Source: a bacterium (GTDB taxonomy: Bacteria > RBG-13-61-14 > DATKZS01). Taken from it: DNA of 64,000 bases. Made by a program: the position numbers and the translations under genes. How positions within the stretch are numbered: the first letter of the stretch is position 1; every line of letters begins with the position of its first letter. Of the stretch, positions 12,401 through 18,859 are shown one piece after another. The stretch lies in assembly GCA_963674965.2 (NCBI GenBank), contig CAXXFL010000005.1:512001-576000 (forward strand), written 5' to 3'. Under the pieces are notes generated by a model, which saw nothing but the letters and a program-made list of their open reading frames with translations, searched no databases and had not been told where the DNA came from.

Positions 12401-12567
12401 TGACCGGCCCCATCGCCACCGGCGGCCGCTCCGCCATCGTCCTCCTCCCCACCGCCCCCGGCTCCCTCCTCCTCAACGCCCACCTCCCCCCATGCGGCGT
12501 TGACGGAAAAGGCCGCTACTGCGAAGAGCTGATCAAACAGCCCCTGGTAACGGTGACGGTGGAGTAG
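421..12567 (+). CDS. Giant secreted/surface protein (4048 aa): TSP3-like DxDxDG Ca-binding repeats, two beta-propeller-like repeat blocks, FN3/Ig-like domains, clan CD (C13/caspase-like) peptidase domain, carboxypeptidase-regulatory-like domains, C-terminal dockerin-like motif
   Basis: RBS AGGAG before the ATG; signal peptide MKAIPLAFLPVFFLALLLAPLTGFA-Q; dozens of D(T/S)DGDG repeats; WTGSE(F/Y)GxAW repeats at ~4020-5060 and ~5480-6550; YMVDHGG (His codon 9058) and IYDACRSGSF (Cys codon 9211); paired DGLVSPLDL / DEIISALDL near the C-terminus. Confidence 0.93.
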   Translation: MKAIPLAFLPVFFLALLLAPLTGFAQDSDGDGMPDLFEINMGCLRVNVPDGDRDPDRDGATSLEEYNNSTYPLSIVNPCTPDTDMDGLPDGWELDNGTDPLSVDVDLDLDGDTLSNGIEYMMGTNANNVDSDGAGIEDGDEVPIGWDPASPLDDYSETQYEAYSATANNSAAQYCRGLQFRADEGTILTSYGHYLNPQAGSTLFFTVWEGNTLNGTVNKIFEKRDDNVAGGVDWYESGDINAVFEPGKYYEVVTCWRQATYYYGTGGSFGPTHFGEMVGSVTRNAMSFPLPDSFSFNHSANTKYCMRANFCESGCFPAGVAILRDAQSWSSANTDLLDLFNVPYSIFGGSQLSGADYSIFDKILIESAQDEDFYQDLETNRTAVEERVEDGADLEFHGADPEGFWHESYLIPTGIDGPFSERNALDFTASADWHWAKIGAEDDGLDGWNYSAYGYIGSAGGDTPTPLVLDSSSEAVLSAFNYGQGQVIAATMSLEKAADSASPLGDGPALLRNLLLHEDKEDISPEICPSALSDVPFLGGTSTTATYLFRGHKYLVTTPSALYEFKQRLNLSGTTDLTYVVLESDSQDGQYQKVWQKTVSHAPQGIEWYGSGYIGIEMEEGKFYAMVTGWATLNGSYYYQASTLPRPVSFGTAAAGAAYAGNPLPDPVSFAATTSAYPQEVITQPLVTPPLPESLKCVILDSDGDGFSDSLETIYSTDPATPDTDGDGLPDMWEYLIGFNPTSPLPEGLFDDDLDGLFNLEEYHYGTNPFDDDSDGDGWTDDYEILVGTDPLTDDTADDPDGDGLTNFSEIIFHSTFPDDPDSDDDGLDDGYEVNTSGTDPLNPDSDYDGLPDGFEDDYSSCLDALSVDNRNLDPDSDYLTNFEEFILGLDPCVFSDSDSDGMPDGFELLHAACGLDPFFSDGADDPDLDSISNLNEYLFSFDMDPCSDDTDSDQMPDDYEMAASCLSPLLYEAYEDPDADAVDSLIEYGQGFDPCTFEDTDADGMSDPWEASYGCMSPNTADSQASDPDIDTLTNIVEFINGSNPCLADTDGDGLTDPQEILSLLTDPAHPDSDGDGLSDSEEAWFYLSSPLVADSDGDGLGDGFEAGVVVAVGPNGTLDSAPAAGDSVKPFSIRLGADMLPDTQAMGDDVQIIETTLTVPRLFITNPNKADSDMDGIDDQLEMIKGAHPMNSDITTAVFAPAFRLTYGNQGAGLSNLDWADSDNVYGLAWSDPKSGPVGNGEIYYQAILESGDTTDLPTRITFDTVMTDGPALAWSGSEFGLVWEDGNSGYEIYFRRLDSSGTPLGFSLRITYDATSSHDPSIVWTGSEYAVAWKDGGGAYQEVYFARVSGSGLAAGNTILLSSQAQAYEPKINWNGYEYAVSWYDVSDGQYHMRRLYPDGSPKEPAVTVPGNLSIWTGSEYGVAYENTVDQNTEIYFQRLAPDGSALSEEERISFGLLDSTDPQVAWNGTDFIVVWMDQKDGNDEIYYAAVDRYGKRAGLPNRFTYTGGDSRFPQVVWTGEEHGLAFIEHEYGPYPEVDFANQGDSDGDGLRDAIENSISCSDAYDHDSDGDGLLDGLEDLNGDGIFDPLTETDPCDPDTDDDGFTDGEEDADHDGVVDPSETDPKSDDTDGDGLSDLEETTEGEDGWITDPVDNDSDDDGVNDGDEVQNGSNPLYAAVYPRIIKYGGENRITYDYYWDRNPKMAWTGSEFGITWMGLSTSTERVKFMRLALDGSTLQTPLIINTPNLVDAGYPDIAWNGNEFAIVFENTAFEEIYFARASAQGTEIGDEIRLTNDSGGDYDPRLEWSGSAYGVVWEGSPAYSSAMFLLVGEDGSTVDLPQMISTEPSSSRNPYIDWTGSVFGFAWNERYSTKMGYHFASLSQGGTIVESGSRITYDDNQWDGDLAWGDSNFLVTYVVSMGGDSELYFLGLAEDGSTLGVQQRLTYGPAGYDSYCPSVAWTGNEFGVAWADDRDGGDTEIYFTPIGADGSTNGAPFRITFAPGSSYNPDLVWIGTEYALVWDENRHDEWYDDLYFLRFNYDTDGDAIIDALEDGLATEKRNWDTDGDGLSDGEELCYDGVCLAYADGFDPDPNDPDTDGDGLTDYDEVKVYFTNPASSDTDGDGMDDKWELDNGLSPASDDADGDPDGDELSNLLEYLNGTDPNDPDSDDDGMDDEWEVSYSCMMANTVDNTADYDFDALPNFSEYIQDRDPCDFELPPDSSCALDSPNPTNGDTIGLTYSVDTEHAYVYLYQSIGGGPYAPAATPKTGALAGRFTVSTTPGVDQVRSFYTIATLSALVIEDPPSSPDATVVVDKTTPISYVSAAPSFAPDETFPIEFLCDDLEAQSRLYYRKDGGGWTDSGLGLLAGDSGTFSFTPAGEGTYDFYTIAGDPAGNIEDPPTFPDKDATTVVDDSPPAVPVVIDDGTYTGYTDRFHATWTCGGDSVSGIVRYYYAIGTSVGSTVIAGWTSNATLTEVTRFGLELEDGSSYFIGVRAVNGAGLTSVGWSDGILVDSRGPEIAWSSPAHREIVNDDMPPVDLPVSINFIDPGGAGIDWASLEMVLDFSTVQSFSQDGDTVSFDALALDLGNHVVNVQVADLAGNGLNRNVIFVVEDPRRVIINPVYVEWAPGDGDATFVADGGTGAYRWAATGGALDSFTGAEVVFTPGPEAGAYVVAVSDAKLVSAQATIIISGEVEVAPAVVRLSAGSAATFTASGGSGDFSWTVNGGSCVLSGERDETCSYTAFESSGQYSVKAQAGSGESFTSRVIVTDPVGRAIVVVGGGLVDSNRQVEALNSLGHLAYETLLARGFEPDQIMYLNPDATQAYDGDGDGYADDVDGAPTPAALQAAILDWATADLGVDNPGVGPGVPLIIYMVDHGGDDSFLINFTAAGAGQEVTPTQLDSWIDAVQGGDTSNPNGVDVVVIYDACRSGSFLDEVGGGGSDRIVITSSASSESAYFGVSGTISFSQFFWQRVRTGATLKSAFNDAAAALATWATQTPWLDDNGSGTYAATGDGKDGDVADLFVVGADFVTGAVLPELTPRGDALLEGDSLDIYSGILYASSSEISAMFAILTPPGFSPPQSEGNFDTPWLEDEEGNPLPRVYLEYSSATDDWRRRLDSAELAELFTVNGRYTATLYAIDLEGRVTAAAEFSITVFGPDPYEDDDWWSSGSSVEVNSSSAQAHNFHDSGDRDWVKFSVAFGDTGYYSVYTENLADRCDTVIELYGYSVAGSTVVPIAFDDDSGQDGGGSSRIFMYLSEGLYYAEVYQYGDTIGGQDTEYDLRVDHDEGDYGSVEGYVTDSVTGFGVQGANVIVILGGPPRVATTGAGGYYKLSSLLAGSGYPMQVQAANFTTWSGTVNVGVNQTTRKDVVLAAKTGTSGVLMGHVYGHGGAPLVGVGLEVSGKSVVSEAGGLYSIRLAPGAAYVYSSWPGYEPYLEEGLMVVAGDTTVHEVSLEPVDTDGDGLPDWIETSGCTDESEADSDGDGLCDGDTAVYDGATLVCSAGEDMDLDGEVGASETDPCDDDSDGDLLGDGDEALTYGTDPLDVDTDSDGLGDRLEAVVVSCLDPTDDDTDDDGLLDGTSSGEDKDGDGVVDATETSPCLFDTDTDTLGDGAEVTVYGTDPLEVDTDSDGLSDGLEVPWCTSPTDEDSDGDGLLDGTPSGEDKDGDGVVDATETNPCAFDSDSDGIGDGLELGTYGTNPLRQDTDSDGIGDYVEAVSSACLEATEADTDGDGLLDGTIFGEDKDGDGVVDPGETNPCLEDSDEDGLGDDEEPGLGLDPLEWDTDGDALPDGYEVANSSGHALNLDPLDPGDGCASDFDGDGNANCHEYYNGTDIWSENVTGGSACFSWADSGSTVSADGLVSPLDLGALNARASLKDASYTGVLPPNGDSQELDMDEIISALDLAVLRQMVANLSTSGNPSRPVALEVYGDTAVTAEVGSTVRIELGALNQGGKHTSSLGIIFTIDPSSTASATLLGGDGAASSGRYDVTGPIATGGRSAIVLLPTAPGSLLLNAHLPPCGVDGKGRYCEELIKQPLVTVTVE

Positions 12568-12579
12568 GGGAGTTGATTC

Positions 12580-12636
12580 CCGGACAGGCCGGAGACCGAC
12601 GCGCGGCGCCGCAAGTCGGACTCCGGCCTAATCCGG
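12580..12636. terminator. Long GC-rich inverted repeat after the giant gene
   Basis: CCGGA-CAGGCCGGAG-ACCGAC ... GTCGG-ACTCCGGCCT-AA-TCCGG between convergent genes; no U-tract. Confidence 0.4.
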
Positions 12637-12809
12637 CGGCTTTAAGCGGATGGATTGTCTGGCGTTCCGCGTCGCTCACCGGCGGTTTGGCCGCAAAGCG
12701 CTATGAAAATTAATCGATCCTTACGGTTTCCAAGTTGGGTTAGTCGGAAGGCGCTCGCCCGCGGTAAAAGTAAAGGTCCACGGCATGAAGACCGACCTTC
12801 CCCGCGGCG

Positions 12810-13001
12810 CTAGAATTTTCCAGGCGGGAACTTATATTTTTCGATTAGTTTCAGTTTGTCCTCCTCGGGCAGCGACTTCATGTAGGATTTCCAGCCGGGG
12901 CAGAAATTGGTGTGGAACCTCCATAACCTGCCAAGGATGGAACGTGGGTTGTTGTCGTATTTGGCCCGCATGGGACATTTTGAGCAGTTGTGATCGGACA
13001 T
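12810..13001 (-). CDS. Small Cys/His-containing hypothetical protein (63 aa)
   Basis: GGAGG RBS before ATG 13001; MSDHNCSKCPMRAKYDNNPRSILGRLWRFHTNFCPGWKSY has natural protein composition and a CxxC...H...C pattern. Confidence 0.75.
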   Translation of the reverse strand: MSDHNCSKCPMRAKYDNNPRSILGRLWRFHTNFCPGWKSYMKSLPEEDKLKLIEKYKFPPGKF

Positions 13002-13183
13002 TTTTTCCTCCATTGGTTTGAGATAATACTATTGAAGGACGGATAAGATTTCAAGGTCCCGCCGCTCGGTAACGATAAAATAACAAAGGCGGCCCGTCCT
13101 TCTGCCTATTTTAAAAACTTCATCCGCCGATTGGACAAGTTCGCGTCCGCTCTGGTATATTCCTGGTACCAGCCGCAAGGAGG

Positions 13184-13720
13184 ATGGAAATGAGAAGACT
13201 CGCCTTGATCTTTACCGTTATGATCGCCTTATGCGCCTCGGGCTTTTTATGCGACAAGCCCGAGCCGAAACCCGCGCCCTCGCCGAGCGTCGCTCCCGCC
13301 GAGGCGTCTCCATCGGAGGAGTGCCCTCCCGGCCAGGAGAAAATCGAGGGAAGGTGCGTGGTTCCCGGCGGCTCCGGGGGCAAGGACTACAGCGGGACTT
13401 ACGCCTACTCGACCAGCGACGGGGCCTCCGGACAGTGCAGCATAGCTCAGAAGGGCGAAAGCGCGACCTTCGTTTTTCTGAGCGGCAGGGTTTGCTCGCC
13501 GGCCTCGATGTGCGCCTTCGAATGCGCCGCGGCCGGGCCTTCATTTTCCTGCGCCAACTCCGACGTTGTAGACGACGAGGGCGGGAGCGCCTCGAACGTC
13601 TTTTCCTTCACCTTCGCCGAGGACGGATCGGCCCAGGGCGCGGGGAGGTCGGAGTACGTTCACCCGGGCGGGTTCTCCAAGGACTGGGCCTACAGCATTA
13701 ACATCAAGGGCAAAAAATAG
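13184..13720 (+). CDS. Secreted or lipoprotein-like Cys-rich hypothetical protein
   Basis: AAGGAGG RBS; signal peptide; Pro-rich linker; multiple cysteines. Confidence 0.8.
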   Translation: MEMRRLALIFTVMIALCASGFLCDKPEPKPAPSPSVAPAEASPSEECPPGQEKIEGRCVVPGGSGGKDYSGTYAYSTSDGASGQCSIAQKGESATFVFLSGRVCSPASMCAFECAAAGPSFSCANSDVVDDEGGSASNVFSFTFAEDGSAQGAGRSEYVHPGGFSKDWAYSINIKGKK

Positions 13721-13821
13721 GCGAGGAATCGATTCCGTGAATCCCGATCCGCGGCGATCATGATCGAGATCGTCGTTCGCCGGGGACCGAAGCGCGTCGA
13801 GAGCGATAAAAGGACAATCTA

Positions 13822-14937
13822 ATGAGCAAGTCGAAAAAGGCCTCCTCGATAACCGAGAACCCGCTTGCGGGCGGGACCTTCTTCAACTGGCTGAGACTGG
13901 CGCGGGAGAGCGGCCCCATCGAGCGGGACTATTGGGGGAGGGCCGCCTACGTTACTTTGATGACCTTAGCCTGGTCTCCTCTTCGCCTTTTGCACCGGGC
14001 GCTATACGGCGGCCGGATCGAGAAAACTGGAATTAAAGAGGGGCCTCTTTTTATTCTTGGCCATTACCGAAGCGGGACTACTTTCCTCCAGGACCTGATT
14101 TGCCAGGACAAGCAATGGGGTTTCGTCTCGACCACCCAGGCGGTCCTGCCGGAGATGTTTTTATTCGGTCCCATTATCCAGCGCCTTCTCGGTCTTTTCC
14201 TTCCTGATAAGAGGCCGATGGACAACGTGGAGATGTCGCCGGTCTTTCCCGAGGAGCCGGAGCACGCGGTGGGCGCCGTCTCGCCTTATTGTTTTTATCA
14301 TGGTTTTTGTTTTCCCCGGAGCCTGATGAAATATTTCCGGCGCTGGGTGCTTTTCGAGGGCGTTACGGACGGGGAGATAAATTCGTGGGGGGATGTATAT
14401 CTCAGGACTTTGAAGGCGGCGACTCTTGCCTCGGGCGGCCGCGGGCTTTTGGTTAAGAACCCGGCGGACACGGCCCGGGTGAAGGAACTGTTGGACCTTT
14501 TTCCCGAGGCCAGGTTTATATATCTTTACCGCGACCCTTACGTGATGTATCCTTCGATATTAAACTTTTACACCGCCAACATGAACGACTGGCGTCTTCA
14601 GGATTACGAGGAGGCCGAGCTCAGGGATAACATTTTCACCATATATTTTGAGATGACGGAGCGCTTCCATAAAGATAAAGGGATGATCCCGCCCGGTTCC
14701 CTGGTGGAGGTCAAGTTCGAGGACTTCGAGTCTTCTCCACTCTCGGAGTTGGAAAAGATTTATTCCGGGCTCGGTCTGGAGGGTTTCAAGAACGCCGAGT
14801 CTGCCTTCAAGCAATATATAGAGTCCAAGTCCGGTTATAAGAAGAACAAGTATGCCCTCGACGCCGCAACCGAGGATGAAATAAGCCGGCGTTGGGCCGA
14901 GGACATTAAGAGGGGAGGGTATGGAAAAGCGCAATAA
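13822..14937 (+). CDS. PAPS-dependent sulfotransferase family protein
   Basis: 5'-PSB motif FILGHYRSGTTFL; 3'-PB motif FIYLYRDPY; KNP and VKFEDF motifs. Confidence 0.9.
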   Translation: MSKSKKASSITENPLAGGTFFNWLRLARESGPIERDYWGRAAYVTLMTLAWSPLRLLHRALYGGRIEKTGIKEGPLFILGHYRSGTTFLQDLICQDKQWGFVSTTQAVLPEMFLFGPIIQRLLGLFLPDKRPMDNVEMSPVFPEEPEHAVGAVSPYCFYHGFCFPRSLMKYFRRWVLFEGVTDGEINSWGDVYLRTLKAATLASGGRGLLVKNPADTARVKELLDLFPEARFIYLYRDPYVMYPSILNFYTANMNDWRLQDYEEAELRDNIFTIYFEMTERFHKDKGMIPPGSLVEVKFEDFESSPLSELEKIYSGLGLEGFKNAESAFKQYIESKSGYKKNKYALDAATEDEISRRWAEDIKRGGYGKAQ

Positions 14938-14990
14938 TTCGCGTCGCAATAATCGTTTTACCCGGGCGGTGTAGCCCCGGTTCGCGTCGA

Positions 14991-15019
14991 TTGACAAGCC
15001 TGGCTTCCTACTGTAGCAT
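14991..15019 (+). promoter_or_regulatory. Sigma70-like promoter for the MBOAT pair
   Basis: TTGACA-17 nt-TAGCAT, about 60 nt upstream of ATG 15081. Confidence 0.55.
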
Positions 15020-15080
15020 TCCAAAAGACAAAACGACTCATGCCCATCCTATTTGAGTCAACTTGAAAGCATCCAGATAG

Positions 15081-16511
15081 ATGGTATTTAACTCGATTAC
15101 TTTCATTGTTTTCTTTTCCATCGTGGTTTTTCTTCATAACCTTCCTTTCAGTTGGCGGGTTAAAAAGTTCAATCTCCTGGTGGCCAGCTATATTTTTTAC
15201 GCCGCTTGGAACCCTCCCTTTGTCCTTTTATTGCTGGCGTCAACGCTGGCGGGCTGGCTAACGGCCTTGGGTATTAATAGAACCCAAAGCCTCGGCGGGA
15301 AAAAGCTTTTGCTTTTTTTAAGTCTTTTAGTAAATTTGGGACTTCTCGCTTATTTTAAATACGCTCAGTTTTTTTTGGACTCTTTCATTTCTTTGGTAAA
15401 GGTTTTTGGCGTAGCCTACTCTCCGCCCAGGCTTTCGATCATCTTGCCCCTTGGGATATCTTTTTTTACTTTTCAGACCATGTCCTATACGATCGACGTG
15501 TACAGGGGGACGGTCCCCAAGTGGCACAGTTTTTTGGATTTCGCCCTCTACGTCAGTTTTTTCCCTCAACTCGTGGCCGGCCCAATAGTACGTTCAGGCC
15601 ACTTTCTTCCGCAATGTGAAGAACCGAGGCGTGGTTCTTCCGATCAATTGGGCTGGGGACTGATCCTTTTATTAATCGGGCTTTTTCAGAAGATATTTCT
15701 GGCCGACGGTTTGATGGCACAAGTTGCCGACCCGATATTCGTGCAGTGGCAGCAGGCGAACATGATCCAAGCCTGGGCGGCCACTCTGGCCTTTTCCGCC
15801 CAGATTTTCTTTGATTTTTCCGGATACTCGACGTGCGCCATAGGAGCGGCCCTTTGCCTTGGTTTCTCTCTTCCGGACAATTTTCGATTTCCCTACGCTT
15901 CCCTTGGGTTTTCCGATTTCTGGCGCAGATGGCACATATCGCTTTCGACATGGCTTCGAGATTATCTTTACATCCCGCTTGGCGGCAACAGAAAGGGCGT
16001 GGGAAGGACCTATATTAACCTGATGTTGACCATGCTGATCGGGGGGTTATGGCATGGCGCGGCCTTCAACTTCATTATATGGGGAGGGCTTCATGGAATT
16101 TTTCTCGCCGTTGAAAGGTTCATAAGAGAAAGGAGAAAGAAGACTGAAGTACCGCGCGTAAGCGGACCTCTTGCCAAAATCTCCTTAATCTGTTTCACCT
16201 ACTTCCTGGTCTTAATCGCCTGGGTCTTTTTCAGGGCGGACAACTTCGGGATAGCCTTGCATTTCCTTAAACTTATGTTCGGCTTTACAGTCTCGCAAGA
16301 CGCGGTAAACATTAAGAACATGTATTTATTAGTAGCTTTTCTCATGAACGCGATATTATTGACATGGCATTTTCTCATGCGGGACACGAGCCTGGAGAAG
16401 GTCGCTGAGCGTTTGCCATGGTGGATCAAGGGACTGGCGATCGCGGCGATGCTATTGGCCTTAGTACTGGCCCCGGGAGAAAGACGTGCTTTCATCTACT
16501 TCCAATTCTAA
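15081..16511 (+). CDS. MBOAT family O-acyltransferase (AlgI/DltB-like)
   Basis: LPLGISFFTFQ, FFPQLVAGPI, QIFFDFSGYS, FWRRWHISLSTWLRDYLYIPLGG, GLWHGA and C-terminal FIYFQF. Confidence 0.95.
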   Translation: MVFNSITFIVFFSIVVFLHNLPFSWRVKKFNLLVASYIFYAAWNPPFVLLLLASTLAGWLTALGINRTQSLGGKKLLLFLSLLVNLGLLAYFKYAQFFLDSFISLVKVFGVAYSPPRLSIILPLGISFFTFQTMSYTIDVYRGTVPKWHSFLDFALYVSFFPQLVAGPIVRSGHFLPQCEEPRRGSSDQLGWGLILLLIGLFQKIFLADGLMAQVADPIFVQWQQANMIQAWAATLAFSAQIFFDFSGYSTCAIGAALCLGFSLPDNFRFPYASLGFSDFWRRWHISLSTWLRDYLYIPLGGNRKGVGRTYINLMLTMLIGGLWHGAAFNFIIWGGLHGIFLAVERFIRERRKKTEVPRVSGPLAKISLICFTYFLVLIAWVFFRADNFGIALHFLKLMFGFTVSQDAVNIKNMYLLVAFLMNAILLTWHFLMRDTSLEKVAERLPWWIKGLAIAAMLLALVLAPGERRAFIYFQF

Positions 16512-17514
16512 CGAAAGACTGCCCAGGGATTCATACGGCAAAATCTGGGTTTTTGGGCTGGCTGTTTTTTTATTGGCGGCGGCGTCCATCGAAGCGTTGG
16601 AGCGATATAAGGGATACGTTCCATCTCTAAAGGACGATCACGCCCTATGGGCGCTGGCTCGCAAGAGTCTTCCCGAAAATGATCGCGGCGCCGTCGTATT
16701 ATTAGGGTCTTCCCGGACTCTATGCGATTTCGATCTTGATGAATTCGAGCGGAATTTCGGGACGAGACCAATTCAACTGGCTGAAATGGCGTCAACTTCC
16801 GAGCCCGCTCTCGATCATATCGCCAGGGAGAGTTTGTTTTCCGGGCTAGTTATTTGCGAGATATCTCCCCACCTGCTTTTCCCCGAAAGAAGCGACTTTA
16901 TAGAACGCGTTAGATTGAACGTGGCGACCTTCCATAACATGGAGCATGAGCTTTTCTCCTATAAAGAAAGGCAAATGAGAAATTTTCTTCAGTCGCGACT
17001 GGTGATCCTGTCGAGCAAGCTTCAAATGGAGGACATGATATTAGGGGTGCTTCATAATGAATGGCCGCCGGCGCCGCTGGTGGTCAAATCGGACAGGTCC
17101 TTTATCTATATGGCGGGAAAATTGGATGAAATCAGGCCTGACGTTGACATGCCGGAGGATCCTGGTGAAAACGCCGTCGTTACGGAGGCCCACATAAAGC
17201 TAATGGACAAAGTGGCCGCTAACGTTGACATGATCAGATCGAGGGGAGGAGAGGTTATTTTCGTTTACCTTCCATGCAGGGGCACTATTAAAGTAACGGA
17301 ACTTGAGAAGTATCCAAGGAACCTCTTTTATGACGCCATCGTGAACAAGACGAGGGCCATTTCGATTTATAGCGAGGATTATCCAAGTCTGGCGAGATTT
17401 AAACCAAAAGTCGATTACAACCACCTGGACAACATACAGTCTATTGAATTCACGAGGGAATTCGTGATTATCCTTAAAGCCAAGCTGGCCGAAGAAAGAA
17501 CCACGGGCCCTTGA
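16486..17514 (+). CDS. MBOAT partner, SGNH-like (AlgJ/DltD-like) periplasmic protein
   Basis: Overlaps the MBOAT stop; N-terminal TM; VVLLGSSR block and C-terminal DYNHL (DxxH). Start is uncertain. Confidence 0.7.
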   Translation: MLSSTSNSNERLPRDSYGKIWVFGLAVFLLAAASIEALERYKGYVPSLKDDHALWALARKSLPENDRGAVVLLGSSRTLCDFDLDEFERNFGTRPIQLAEMASTSEPALDHIARESLFSGLVICEISPHLLFPERSDFIERVRLNVATFHNMEHELFSYKERQMRNFLQSRLVILSSKLQMEDMILGVLHNEWPPAPLVVKSDRSFIYMAGKLDEIRPDVDMPEDPGENAVVTEAHIKLMDKVAANVDMIRSRGGEVIFVYLPCRGTIKVTELEKYPRNLFYDAIVNKTRAISIYSEDYPSLARFKPKVDYNHLDNIQSIEFTREFVIILKAKLAEERTTGP

Positions 17515-17594
17515 TCGCGATAAACCGCAGATCGACGCGGAGCCGACGTCAGGTGAAAGCCTGGTTTGTAGTATTCAAATATTCAAAAAGCAAT

Positions 17595-18485
17595 TCAATC
17601 CTTTAGCCACTTTTCTTTGCTTTGGTCCTGCTGCTTGTCCCTCGAGTAGCCGCAGGCCAAATCAGGGTCCTGGAGAAGCATCTTGGCGTGGACCTTGTCC
17701 ACCTCGTCCGACTTTTTAATGACTTTCATGGATTCGACCTTGCCCAGCGTTTCAAGCCCTTCCTTGACTTTTGCCGGGTCGTCGCGCTTCTGGCCCAGGC
17801 AGACGAGGGAGATTCCAAGCTCCTTAACGTACTCGATCCTGTTCGGGTCCCTTTCCGCGGCCTTGCGGTTGTACTCGACCGACTTTTCCAGGTCGCCGCA
17901 GGTACCGACCACTTTCCTAATGGGAAAGGCGCATGCCCATTCGGGTACGATGCGGTAGAACTGGCCGGCCATCTGGTAGAGGTCTCCCAGGGTGTTGGCC
18001 GTTCCGCTGGCGGACTTGTACTGGGGCGCCAGCTCGATTCCCTTGAGCATGTTCTTTTCCAGGTCGGGCGCGACCATGGCCGAGGCGAAGGTCCCCTCGG
18101 TCGTGCCTTTCCGGCCCAGGCCCACGCAGTACCACATATAGCAGTTGCCGTCATCGGGGTCTTTTTCCATGCACTTTTGGGAAAGAGCTATAACCTCGTC
18201 ATAGGCTTTAACCAGGGTGTCCTTGTCCGGCTTTTTTTCGCGGGGAAGGTCCTCATACCTGATGTATACGTTGCGCGCCTTGCGCCAGTAGGGCTCGGCG
18301 CGGTCCGGGTAAAGCTCGATCAGCCGGTCCAGGACCTCGTCGGTGGCGTCATAGTCGCGGCTCTCGTAAGCCGTTTCCGACCTGGCGATCAGTTCCTCGT
18401 AGCTCTCGCCGGGACCGGGCGAGGCTGAAAAGCAGAAGCAGGCGACAAGGGCCAAAATAGCGGGCCCAAAGGTTTTCCCATGCAT
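17595..18485 (-). CDS. Secreted TPR-like protein
   Basis: GGAGG RBS; signal peptide; helical repeats (YPDRAEPYWRKAR, EKDPDDGNCYMWY, ERDPNRIEYVKELG). Confidence 0.8.
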   Translation of the reverse strand: MHGKTFGPAILALVACFCFSASPGPGESYEELIARSETAYESRDYDATDEVLDRLIELYPDRAEPYWRKARNVYIRYEDLPREKKPDKDTLVKAYDEVIALSQKCMEKDPDDGNCYMWYCVGLGRKGTTEGTFASAMVAPDLEKNMLKGIELAPQYKSASGTANTLGDLYQMAGQFYRIVPEWACAFPIRKVVGTCGDLEKSVEYNRKAAERDPNRIEYVKELGISLVCLGQKRDDPAKVKEGLETLGKVESMKVIKKSDEVDKVHAKMLLQDPDLACGYSRDKQQDQSKEKWLKD

Positions 18486-18538
18486 CGGAGGTCCTCCCGT
18501 CGTTGGTTTCTTTGCAGGACGTTATAAGCGTTTTGTCT

Positions 18539-18725
18539 AGAGCCTCTTGCATAAGTCCGGCTTTGGAGTGCGGCGGCTCGACGCCGCTTTTCTTCCGAGC
18601 GGCTTGACGCGAGGAAAGGCTTTGTATTTTTTGCCTTGTCAAGCCAAGGCCATCGAAAGCGGTCTCAAGCGACCGCGCTCCAAAGCGGCTATGCCTCCAA
18701 GGAAAAGACTTTTGCAAGAACCTCT
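18539..18725. mobile_element. MITE-like element, copy 1 (IS-type terminal inverted repeats enclosing a GGAG-type REP doublet)
   Basis: Ends AGAGCCTCTTGCATAAGTC / GACTTTTGCAAGAACCTCT are 16/19 inverted. Internal inverted pair CTTTGGAGTGCGG...CCGCTTT and AAAGCGG...CCGCGCTCCAAAG. An inverted copy lies at 22618-22805. Confidence 0.75.
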
Positions 18726-18859
18726 CTAAAGTCGATTATAACATGGAGCCGAATGGTAATGGCAAATTCTTCTTTTTTGCCAGGCGGCCGGCCCATGCCC
18801 CGGCGTGTGCAGGAACTGAATTGCAGTACGGAGTAATGCGTGCTATATAATGTTAAATC

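Noticed and set aside
481-12503. Many antisense and alternate-frame ORFs inside the giant gene (e.g. 6883-9060, 10885-12483)
   Set aside because: Expected by-products of GC-rich, Asp/Gly-rich codon usage.
18832-18859. dif site (TAATGTTAAAT resembles the XerD arm)
   Set aside because: No XerC-like arm at the 6-bp spacing; the sequence fits a -10 promoter element before the response regulator.
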